Positions 9,955-24,700 of a stretch of DNA of 64,000 nt are shown here, piece after piece (position 1 is the stretch's first letter; every line of letters starts with the position of its first letter). The notes under the pieces were generated by a model that saw only the letters and a list, made by a program, of their open reading frames with translations, was not told the DNA's origin and ran no database searches. The DNA lies in NCBI GenBank assembly GCA_963796055.1, contig CAWCKH010000004.1, forward strand, positions 1,152,001 through 1,216,000. The letters are read 5' to 3'. The stretch comes from an uncultured delta proteobacterium (lineage in GTDB: Bacteria > Myxococcota > Myxococcia > Myxococcales > Myxococcaceae). The position numbers and the translations under genes are program-made.

Positions 9955-10830
9955 ATGACTGAAGGAAGCTTCAAAGGTGTCGAAGGCATCAAGATCTTCA
10001 CGCGCGAGTGGCAGCCGGCGGGCAAGCCGCACGCCGTGGTCGTCATCTCCCATGGATTCAACGCGCACAGCGGCCAATACGAATGGGTAGCCCAGCAGTT
10101 CGTTTCCAAGGGGCTCGCCGTCTACGCGCTGGATCATCGCGGCCGCGGCCGCTCCGAGGGCGAGCGCTTCTTCGTCAAGAAGTTCACGGACTGGACGAGG
10201 GATCTCGCGACGTTCATCGACATGGTCAAGGCGCGCGAGCCGGGCCTGCCGGTCTTCCTCCTCGGTCACAGCGCCGGTGGCGTGATCGCCTGCGGCTACA
10301 CGCTGGAACACCAGGACGAGATCGCGGGCCTCATCTGTGAGGATTTCGCGTACCAGGTGCCGGCGCCGGACATCGCGCTGGCGATCCTCAAGGGGGTCAG
10401 CTACGTGGCGCCGCACGCGCACGTGTTCAAGCTCAAGAACGAAGACTTTTCGCGCGACCCGGCGGTCGTGGCGGCGCTGAACGCCGACCCGCTGATCGCC
10501 AACGAGTCGCAGCCGAGCGAGACGATCGTCGAGATGGTGCGCGCGGACCAGTTGCTGAAGGAGAGCTTCGGGCAGTTCACCCTGCCGCTCCTCATCCTGC
10601 ACGGCACCGCCGACAAGGTGACGAAGCCGAGCGGCAGCAAGGAGTTCTACGAGAAGGCCGGCTCTAACGACAAGACGTTGAAGCTGTACGAGGGGCACTT
10701 TCATGATCTGCTAGCCGACGTCGGCAAGCAGCAGGTCATGGCGGACATCCAGGCCTGGATCGACGCGCACATCGGCACGGAGATCCCGCGCACGCCGCTC
10801 GAGCGCAGCGCCAGTCCCGGAGCCCCATGA
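9955..10830 (+). CDS. Lysophospholipase/monoglyceride-lipase-like alpha/beta hydrolase
   Basis: SHGFNAHSG, DHRGRGRS, GHSAGG, HGTADKVT, FHDL. Confidence 0.9.
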   Translation: MTEGSFKGVEGIKIFTREWQPAGKPHAVVVISHGFNAHSGQYEWVAQQFVSKGLAVYALDHRGRGRSEGERFFVKKFTDWTRDLATFIDMVKAREPGLPVFLLGHSAGGVIACGYTLEHQDEIAGLICEDFAYQVPAPDIALAILKGVSYVAPHAHVFKLKNEDFSRDPAVVAALNADPLIANESQPSETIVEMVRADQLLKESFGQFTLPLLILHGTADKVTKPSGSKEFYEKAGSNDKTLKLYEGHFHDLLADVGKQQVMADIQAWIDAHIGTEIPRTPLERSASPGAP

Positions 10831-11063
10831 CCATGGCAACTCAATCGACCAGCTTCGCGAAGGACATCAGGCCACTCTTTCGTGCGAAGGACATCAACGC
10901 CATGAAGAAGGCGTTCGACCTGTCCGACTACGACGACGTGCGATCCCACGCCGATGCGATTCTCGGGAAGGTCTCGGCCGGCTCCATGCCATGCGACGGC
11001 CCGTGGCCACAGGACCAGGTGGACCTCTTCCGTCGCTGGGTCGAGGAGGGACTGAAGCCGTAG
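10827..11063 (+). CDS. Small hypothetical protein
   Basis: SFAKDIRPLFR...MPCDGPWPQDQVDLFRRWVEEG; ATGA-coupled to the upstream gene; cytochrome-c-like pattern but no CxxCH. Confidence 0.7.
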   Translation: MTMATQSTSFAKDIRPLFRAKDINAMKKAFDLSDYDDVRSHADAILGKVSAGSMPCDGPWPQDQVDLFRRWVEEGLKP

Positions 11064-11216
11064 GAACGGAACCCTAGGGCACCGTGGCGCTGGTGCAGCC
11101 GCACGACGCCAGCGCGGACGTTGACGTCGGCCCCGGACAGGTGGAGCCTGTACTGGTCGGCGGCGCGCAGTAAGGAGCCGATCCGCCCGACTCGATCGGG
11201 ATCTGGAGAAGGACAC

Positions 11217-13802
11217 GTGGAGGCCGGGCGCGAGAGCAACGCTGCAATTCGGACCCCGGATCAGAGGCTGCGCGTCTTCGTGAGCTCGACGCTGACCGAG
11301 CTCGCCGAGGAGCGCACCGCCGTGGCGCGCGCCATCTCCGCGCTCCGCCTCACGCCGGTGCTCTTCGAGCTCGGGGCTCAATCGCACCCGCCACGGGAGC
11401 TGTACCGGGCCTACCTTGCCCAGTCCGACATTTTCATCGGCCTCTACTGGCAGCGATACGGCTGGATCGGCCCGGAGATGGACATCTCGGGGCTGGAGGA
11501 CGAGTTCCGGCTCTCCGGGTCGATGCCGCGCCTGCTCTATGTCAAGACCCCAGCGCCGCAGCGGGAGGCGCGGCTCACTGCGATGATCGAGGAGCTGCAG
11601 ACCAAGGGCACCGTCTCCTATCGATCGTTCCGTACACCGCGGGAGCTCGGGCGACTCGTCCGTACCGATCTCGCCGTGCTCCTCAGCGAGCGGTTCGAGG
11701 CTGGAGCCGGCCGCGCTGCTCGTTCGGCCTCGCCCTCGAACGACCTCGGGAGGCTCCCGCGCTCGCTGCCCGTGGCATTGACGACATTGATCGGACGTGA
11801 GCACGACGTCTCGGAGGTCTCGAAGCTGCTGGAGACGGACGGAGCCCGGCTGGTCACGCTCACGGGTCCTGGTGGCATCGGGAAGACGCGGCTGGCAGTC
11901 GCGGTAGGTGCGCGCCTGGATGGTCGCTACCCACAAGGCGCGGTCTTCCTGCCGCTCGCCTCGATTGCTCGGCCGGAGCTCGTGGTTCCACGCATCGCCG
12001 CTGCGGTCGGCGCGTCCCTCGAGGGCGGACGTTCTGCCGTGGACGTCGTGACTGAGCGTCTCGGGGACACGCCGACCCTGCTCGTGCTGGACAACCTCGA
12101 GCAGGTCATCGGTGTGGGGCCCGAGCTCGACCAGCTTCTGGCCCGCTGCCCTGGGCTCAAGATCCTGGGCACGAGCAGGACGGTGCTGCAGCTGCGCGCA
12201 GAGCGCGAGTACCTCGTCGGGGCCCTGACTGTGCCGCCGCTCGCACGTCGCCCCTCGCTGGAGGAGCTGGGCTCGTCGCCCGCAGTCCAGCTGTTCGTGG
12301 ATCGCGCCCGGGCGGTGCGCCGCGGCTTCGACCTGACTTCCGGCAACGCCTCCGCCGTGGCCGAGATCTGCCGGCGCCTCGACGGTCTGCCGCTTGCCAT
12401 CGAGCTCGCGGCCGCGCGCGCGCGCCTCCTCGAACCAGAGCAACTGCTCGGACGGCTCGTCGGGAGCCTGGACGCGTTGGGCCAGGGTCCGACCGACCTT
12501 CCCGAGCGACAACGCACGTTGCGCGCCACGGTCGAGTGGAGCATCGGACTCCTCGACGATCCGGAGCGGAAGATGCTGGCCACGCTGTCCGTGTTCGTCG
12601 AGGGCTGGACGATCGACGCAGCGGTGCACGTTTCCGGTCTCGCCGAGGAACGAACGCTCGATCTGCTCGACGCCCTCGTTCGGCACAGCCTGGTCAGTCT
12701 CGATTCGACCAACGCTCAGCCGAGGTTCCGGATGCTCTCCTCCATCCGTGAGCTGGCCGCGGAGCGCCTGACCGCCAGCGCAGATCGAGCTGAGGTCGAG
12801 CGACGGCACGCCGAGCACTTTGGTGCGCTCGTGGAGAACGCCGACTGGCCCCCCGAGAGGCAAGCGGAGTGGGCCGAGCGTCTGAGGGCCGAGGATGGGA
12901 ATCTCGGTATCGCCATCCGCTGGTTCTTTGGCCACGATCTCAGACCGCTGCCGCACATGTTTCGAATCCTCTGGCTGTTCTGGCAGATGCGAGATCGTCT
13001 CCCGGACGGCTGGGCGTGGATCCAGGAGCTCCGGCACCGGGCCGATGCCCTGGACGACCGTGCGCGGGCCGAGCTGTCGTTGATCTGCGTCGTGACGGCG
13101 GCCGAGGTTGGTGATGACGAGGGTGCGCGGGCCGAAGTCCCTGAGCTCGAACGACTCGCCGGCCGTATCGATGATGCGTCTCTGAAGAGCGCGGCGCAGC
13201 TGGCAATTTCGTGGGTCCGGCCAATCGTCGATGACCTCGAGGGCGCGCTGCAGGCCGCCCTGGCTGCGCACGAGGGGTTCCGCCGCCAGAATGAACCGTT
13301 CCTGGGATGGGCCGCGCTCACCGCCGGGATGCTGGAACTGGCGCTGGGCCGGCACGACGCCGCGCGCGTGCACCTCACCGAGGCCAGCGCGCTCGGCGGC
13401 CAGCTGGGCAACTACTGGCTGAGATCGACTGCGCGAACACAGCTCGCCTCGCTCGCCGTGGCGACGGGTCATCTCGACGAGGCTCGGACATTGCTGCGAG
13501 AGTCCGTGGACGCAAGAGAGGATACGGAGCTGAGCACGCAAGCCTTGACCTTCTCGCTCATCGCCCATGCCCAGCTCGCCCTGGCGCAAGGAGACCCCCG
13601 ACCGGCGGCGCTGGCTCTGGGTGCCGCCAACGGGCTCCGGCAGCGCGTCGGACTCCGGGCCTGGCCGTCGACGCGACGGAGCGAGGCCGACCTTCTCGCG
13701 GGTGTGGCGGAAAAGCTCGGTTCAGATGCGATGGAGCAGGTCCTTGCGGAGGGTTCCCGGATCGATCGGTCTGATGCCATCGCCCTCGTGCGCATGGCCT
13801 GA
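11217..13802 (+). CDS. DUF4062 + STAND-type ATPase + helical-repeat protein
   Basis: RVFVSSTLTELAEER...IGLYWQRYG...LEDEF; Walker A GPGGIGKT; LVLDNLE; LDGLPLAIELAA. Confidence 0.85.
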   Translation: MEAGRESNAAIRTPDQRLRVFVSSTLTELAEERTAVARAISALRLTPVLFELGAQSHPPRELYRAYLAQSDIFIGLYWQRYGWIGPEMDISGLEDEFRLSGSMPRLLYVKTPAPQREARLTAMIEELQTKGTVSYRSFRTPRELGRLVRTDLAVLLSERFEAGAGRAARSASPSNDLGRLPRSLPVALTTLIGREHDVSEVSKLLETDGARLVTLTGPGGIGKTRLAVAVGARLDGRYPQGAVFLPLASIARPELVVPRIAAAVGASLEGGRSAVDVVTERLGDTPTLLVLDNLEQVIGVGPELDQLLARCPGLKILGTSRTVLQLRAEREYLVGALTVPPLARRPSLEELGSSPAVQLFVDRARAVRRGFDLTSGNASAVAEICRRLDGLPLAIELAAARARLLEPEQLLGRLVGSLDALGQGPTDLPERQRTLRATVEWSIGLLDDPERKMLATLSVFVEGWTIDAAVHVSGLAEERTLDLLDALVRHSLVSLDSTNAQPRFRMLSSIRELAAERLTASADRAEVERRHAEHFGALVENADWPPERQAEWAERLRAEDGNLGIAIRWFFGHDLRPLPHMFRILWLFWQMRDRLPDGWAWIQELRHRADALDDRARAELSLICVVTAAEVGDDEGARAEVPELERLAGRIDDASLKSAAQLAISWVRPIVDDLEGALQAALAAHEGFRRQNEPFLGWAALTAGMLELALGRHDAARVHLTEASALGGQLGNYWLRSTARTQLASLAVATGHLDEARTLLRESVDAREDTELSTQALTFSLIAHAQLALAQGDPRPAALALGAANGLRQRVGLRAWPSTRRSEADLLAGVAEKLGSDAMEQVLAEGSRIDRSDAIALVRMA

Positions 13803-13968
13803 GGCCGGGCGTCTTCGCGGAGTTCGATCCGGTCGAGAGACCGTAAGGAGCAGCCCCGCTAGCGGTGGGGAGCTTCTGTCGGATTGTGGCGAGCCAGCTC
13901 CGATGCCCGCTTAACAGCCGCCCGCCTGGCGTGTAGTAAACCACGCTGCATTGGGCGCGAGGCTCGCG

Positions 13969-15255
13969 ATGCGTTGGCGCGTATACGGAGTCCTGGCCCT
14001 CGTGCTGGGCGCCATCGGCACCATGCTGGGGGTGGACCTGGCCGCCGCCATGGCCGCCTCGAGGAACGAGGAAGCCCTCACCCTCCGCACGCTTCGCTCG
14101 ATCGAGCTCGCCGACGACATTCGCTGGCAGATCGACCGCCTTCCCCGGACTGGCAACGTGCTGGCCTCGGCCGGCACTGCGGGCGACGCCAGGCTACACC
14201 GGCTGGACGTGGACCTCGGAGCCTACGAGCCTCTGGCCACCTTCGAGAACGAGCGTCCGGAGTGGCTTCAGCTGCGCACTCTGGTCGACGAGCTGAAAGG
14301 CGATCTGGCCCGGGGCGATGCCTCCGGCCTGGCGATACATGCGGAGCGGGCGAACACCTCGGTGAAGCACCTCGTTCAGCTCAACTCCAAGGAAGCCACC
14401 GTCGTGGGCCAGCGGATGGTGGCTCTTCGACGAAACGAGCTGGTCATCGATGGAGCGGCCGGGGCCTTCACCCTGCTGCTGGTGTTCCAGATCGGAGCCG
14501 CTCGGCTCCACTCGATGGAGCGGGAGCGGGTCCTCATGGCGGAGAACCTCGTTCTGGTGCAGACGAAGAACCGTGAGCTGGAGACGTTCGCCGGTCGGGC
14601 GGCGCACGACCTCCGCGGTCCCCTGGCGCCGATCCGCGGGTTCGCTGACCTGATTGCCCACGGTCACAAGGCGCCGGAGGAGATGGTCCGCCTTGGAAAT
14701 CGGATCAGCGCCGGAGTCGCCCGGATGGGGTCGACCATCGACGCCATGCTCGAGCTCTCCCGCTCGGGTCAGCTCCCCGAAGGTGTGGCCTCGGTGGCGG
14801 AGACGGTCCGCGACCTGGTCGACGAGCTCGCGCCGTCGCTGGTGGGAGTGGGCCTCTCGCTGGAGGTAGGGGATCACTGGGTGGCCTGTGCTCCGCACGT
14901 GCTGGCACAGATGCTTCGAAACGTTCTGAGCAACGCGCTCAAGTACCGGGCTCCGGAACGAGCTCCGGAGGTGACCGTCGTGGCGCGAGTGGAGGAGGCC
15001 TTCGTCGCCATCGAGGTCTCGGACAACGGTGTGGGCATGGATCCCGAGTGCGCCCGTCGCGCGCTCGAGCCCTTCTTCCGGGGCCAGACCGAGGCGGCCG
15101 GCCATGGGCTGGGCCTGGCCATCGTCGACAGCTTCGTCCGGGCCGTGGGGGGCTCGGTGGAGATCGCCTCCGAGCTGGACGTCGGAACCCGGATCACGCT
15201 GCGGCTGCCCCGGGCCGCAGGGAGCCCGACCTCAAACGTCCGGGTCGTGTCGTGA
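13969..15255 (+). CDS. Membrane sensor histidine kinase
   Basis: Two TM segments; H-box AAHDLRGPL; NVLSNALKY, DNGVGM, GHGLGL. Confidence 0.92.
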   Translation: MRWRVYGVLALVLGAIGTMLGVDLAAAMAASRNEEALTLRTLRSIELADDIRWQIDRLPRTGNVLASAGTAGDARLHRLDVDLGAYEPLATFENERPEWLQLRTLVDELKGDLARGDASGLAIHAERANTSVKHLVQLNSKEATVVGQRMVALRRNELVIDGAAGAFTLLLVFQIGAARLHSMERERVLMAENLVLVQTKNRELETFAGRAAHDLRGPLAPIRGFADLIAHGHKAPEEMVRLGNRISAGVARMGSTIDAMLELSRSGQLPEGVASVAETVRDLVDELAPSLVGVGLSLEVGDHWVACAPHVLAQMLRNVLSNALKYRAPERAPEVTVVARVEEAFVAIEVSDNGVGMDPECARRALEPFFRGQTEAAGHGLGLAIVDSFVRAVGGSVEIASELDVGTRITLRLPRAAGSPTSNVRVVS

Positions 15256-15669
15256 CACGGGTGGGCAGCGGGAGAAGAGCTCGTTTGTCGCCCGGATGAT
15301 CTCCTCCAGACCCACCGGCTTACGGAGGAGCGCGACGCACTCCATCCGGGAGATCTGGGCTTCGATGTCCGGATCGGTCAGGCCGGTGATCACCACCGCC
15401 GGCACCTGGACCCCCGCCGCCCGGGCACTGGCGATGACCTGGAGCCCGCTCATCCAGGGCATGGCCACGTCCGTCACCAGAAGATCGAAAGGGTGGTAAT
15501 CGGCCAGAAGGCTCACCAGCTCCGCACCACTCGTTGCCGTGCGAACCTCTACTTCCGGCCCCGAGAAGGCAGACCGGAGAAATTCCAGGGTGGACTGGTC
15601 GTCGTCGGCGAGGAGGATGCGGATCATCGGGAGCTCCGCCGGAGGGAACGAAATCAGTTGCCCGGGCAT
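15232..15669 (-). CDS. Single-domain response regulator
   Basis: ILLADDD...LLVTDVAMP...ITG...KP; start could also be 15627. Confidence 0.88.
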   Translation of the reverse strand: MPGQLISFPPAELPMIRILLADDDQSTLEFLRSAFSGPEVEVRTATSGAELVSLLADYHPFDLLVTDVAMPWMSGLQVIASARAAGVQVPAVVITGLTDPDIEAQISRMECVALLRKPVGLEEIIRATNELFSRCPPVSRHDPDV

Positions 15670-15815
15670 TCCGGGGTCTCGGGAGGTTGACGGCATGCAC
15701 GGCTTGCCCGCTCGTGAGGCGGGTGGGTAGAGGCCCAGACATTCGCTTGCGTGGCTCCGAGTCCTGCATACCGGGGTGAACCATCGGACTGCCGCCTTCG
15801 CCTACCGCGGCGCTG

Positions 15816-16504
15816 TCAAGTACTGTTCCCGACGGCGACAACTTCAGCCGGTGCGAGGGGCGCATCTGCCGCGATGGTGACCACCCATCCATCGCGCGTC
15901 CGCCACAAGCCCCAGAAGGTGGCAGCGGCCGCTCTCACCTGGAACCGGCGCCACCCACTCTCCGGCGCCAATTCGAGCAGCTCCACCGCGAGCGTGCGCG
16001 TGTCCAGGCGAAGGCCCTGGCGAAGCGCCTTGGCCGCGCATTCCTTGGCGCTCCAGATCAAATTCGCTGAGAGATCCCGTCCCAGCGGCGACCGGAGTAC
16101 CGATTTTTGCTCGGCCTCGGTGAAGAAGTCGCTCACGAAGGCAAAGCTCCGCGGCTCGAGCCGCTCGAGGTCGGCCCCGAGCGCGACCTCGGGCCCGGCC
16201 ACCGCGCAGAGCGCGCGACCATCGCGATGGCTCAGCGAGATGGTGACCGGCAACTTCGCACCGCCGATCAGCGCCTCGGGAGCGCCGTCGGGCGCGGCCC
16301 GGATCTCCAGTGACGCGAGCTGCAGAGGGTTCGGCATCCACCCGGAGAGGGCCTGGCGCGCGGCGAGCCTTCCGAGCAGGAAGTCCCGGCGCCGCTGCTC
16401 GATGCGCATACTGCGAGCGCGGTTGCGCTCCGCAGCCGAGAGCCATCCATCAGATGATGGAAGCTCATGCTCGTCCACAACGAGCCAGCCGATCCGGCCG
16501 GCGT

Positions 16505-16508
<4 letters not shown>
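15816..16508 (-). CDS. 4'-phosphopantetheinyl transferase (Sfp-type)
   Basis: GTG 16508 overlaps the carboxylase stop; FLLGRLAAR, DGAP, ISLSH, GADLE, WSAKE..KAL..GL. Confidence 0.88.
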
Positions 16509-21763
<5,255 letters not shown>

Positions 21764-21767
21764 GGCG

Positions 21768-24700
21768 TCACCCCGCCAGCCGCGAGAGCAGCTTGGGGTC
21801 CAGTGCGTCGGGGAGAGGAGTGGTGCGGTAGCCGCTCAGCCGCACGTACGCGTTGCCTGCCTCGTCCACCACCTGGGCATCGAAGGCACCGCCAGGGCCA
21901 TCCACCACCACTGCGCTCAAGCGTCCCACCGCGCGCCGGAGCTCGCCCGCTGCTTCTAGGTAATCCACGTGCTGGGGCAGTCCCAGGTGACCGGTGGCGC
22001 GCATCTCGCGCAGGCCGGCGGTCTGGAAGCACAGCTCGATGAGCCGCGGTGAAAGCAAGAGCGGCGCCTCCGCCGGCTCGTGGTCCAGAGGCAACTGCGC
22101 GGGAAGGACTCCCACCGTGTCGGTCCCAGTGCCATTGGACGCGCGCTCGAGGACCCGGTACGCCGGACCATGGAAGTAGACCCGGTAGATGTCATCCGCC
22201 GGAACCCAGGCGCCCTGTGGCTCGGCCCGCGTAGCCGGCGCCAGCGATGGCGGCGTGCGCGCGAGTCGCACCCGGGCGGTGAAATGGGTGGTGATCTGGG
22301 GAGCCTGTCCGGCAAGCGTCCGCTCGCCGCTCAAGCTGCAGTCGGCGACCAGCTCTCCTCCTTCCTCGCGAATCTGCGCGCACAAGCTCAAGGTGCGAGG
22401 CTGAGCGCGGAAGAACTTGAACGGCGCGAGGAACTCGATCGCCTCCACCGCTGCGAGGTAGTAGCCCGGAGCCAGCAGCGCAGCCAGCTCGCCGAACCCC
22501 TCCACGCCCATCACGCCGGGTAGCACCGGGATCCCGTCGATCTGGTGATCGCGCAGGAACGGCTGCCGCTCGGGATCGAGCGTGGTTTCCACCTCCAGAC
22601 CTCGCTGAAGCGTCATCCCGACCACCCGGCCGATCATCGGGCCGCACCTCGAGGTATCCACCCGCTCAGGAGCGAGCCCCCCGGTCGGATCGCGCTCGTC
22701 GAGCAGCGTCCCCAGCCGCCCGGCGACCACCACCTCTCCACGAGCTCCGCCGCGCGTCAGCTCTCGCCGGATGGTCGGAATGCCTACCTGGGGCGGGAGC
22801 ATCTCGATGCCGGCGCGCTCCATCATCGCCGGGATGGAGCCACGCGTGGCCATGCCGATGCCGGCCCAGGCGGTCCAGTCGATCGCGATGCCCCGCGTGG
22901 CAGGACGCGTGGTGCGCAGCGCGCTCGCCTGCTTGCAGAGGAGATCATTGGCCGCGCTGTAGTCCGTCTGGCCCGCGTTGCCGAAGCGCCCGGCAACGGA
23001 GCTGAAGGCCACCGTCGCCCCGAGCGGCATCTGGCCAATTGCGTGAATCAGGTTGAACCAGCCGTCGCATTTCACGTCGAAGACGAGGTCGAACTCAGCC
23101 TGGCTCTTGTCGGGTAGCACTCGACTGAGCTCCAAGCCGCCGGCGTGGAGCAGGACGTCCACCCGCCCGCTGCCCTCGCGCACCGCATCGATGGCCCGGG
23201 CCACGGCAGACGCATCACGCAAGTCCGCCGAGTGCCAGAAGGCGCGTCCGCCTGCCTCGCGCACCGCCTTGATCGCCGCCGCGCCACTGGCGGCCCGCTC
23301 CAGCGCCGCCAGCTCCTTCTCCACCAGCGCCGGCGTGGCCCGGTCACCGCGCGCCTTCATCCGCTCGAACAGCTCGCGCTTGAGGCCCTCGCGGTCGGTC
23401 GCCAGTCGCTTCACGTCCGACGACTGCCCGTCAGGCTCGGGAATCAGGTCGAGCAGGTGGAAGGTGCCGCCGGAGGAGGCCGCCAGATCGCCGACGATCG
23501 CCGAGACGATGCTGCCCGCCGCGCCGGTCACCACAAAGACGGTATCTCGTCCCAGCGAGAGGCCGGGTTTGCCGTCCGCGGCGAGCACGTCGCGGAGGAC
23601 GACCGAGAAACGTTGCTCCCCAGACCAGCCGATCTCGACTGCCCCCGGATCCCGCAGCGTTTCTTCGACGAGCAGTCGGGCCACCTCCTGGGGCGCCCGG
23701 GAGCCGTCGAAGTCGACGGCCTTGACCAGCGCTTCCGGCCGCTCGCGCGACAACGCCTTCGAGAAGCCAACGACCGCGCCCCCCATCGGCGCACTCGCCC
23801 CGGTCTGGCCATAGCCGTGCAGCCCGCCGAGCCGGGTGGCGACGATCGCGAATGCACCGGGCGCCCCGAGCAACGGATAGAGAGCCCGCGCAGCGGTCGC
23901 GAGGAGCTTCACGCGCAGAAAGAGCGCGGCACGCCACGCTTCCAGCGTCATCGCTCGCAGATCGCCCTCGTCGTCGAGCGCGGGCAGCCAGTAGATGCCG
24001 CGCAGGCCCTTCTCCGCCTCGGCGGAGATCCTTGCCGCGAGCTGATCGGGCGATGTCTGGCGGTCGAGCAGCACCGCTTCCACTCCGATCAGTCCGAGGC
24101 GCGCGACCAGCGCCTCGGCCACGCCGCCGGCATCGGGCATCACCAGCACGCGCGCGCCTCGCTGGAGCAGGACGGCTGTGTCCTTGCAAACGGCCAGCGG
24201 CGGTCGGAGAACCGGGACCGGCACGCGCCGTGGAAAGGCATCGGCCGCGTCAGTCGAGGTCGCCGGGGAAGGACCGGCGCTCGCCGAGGACATGGCGGAC
24301 AGGGGCGCGTCCATCGATGATGCAGGCACCGGCGCAGCGGCCCACGGTGCGGGTAGCGGCGCGGCGGCCGACGGGGGGCCCCCGAGATCCGGTCGCCGCT
24401 CGAGCACGAAGCGAATCACGTGCTCGACGGTGGGAAAGTCGCGCAGCTTGAGGTTCTCATCTCGCGGGATGCCATAGGCCTGGCGCACCGCCGCAAACGT
24501 CTCCGCCTGCTTGACGGTGTCCACGCCAAGGTCCGCCTCGAGGTCGAGCCCCGGATCGATCATGTCCGGCGGATAGCCGGTCTTCTCGGCGACGATGGAG
24601 AGCACCTTGGCGCGCACCGCATCGTCAACCTCATTTCCAGCCACGGGCGACGGACCCCCGGTCGGTGTTGCGGGCTGCGCTCCCGGACCTGCCAGGTCCG

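Noticed and set aside
10701..13589. Long antisense or alternative-frame ORFs (also 25533-28049, 28380-30008, 30210-31952, 34309-36075, 55168-56622, 56602-58203)
   Set aside because: Shadows of real genes in GC-rich DNA; no recognisable motifs
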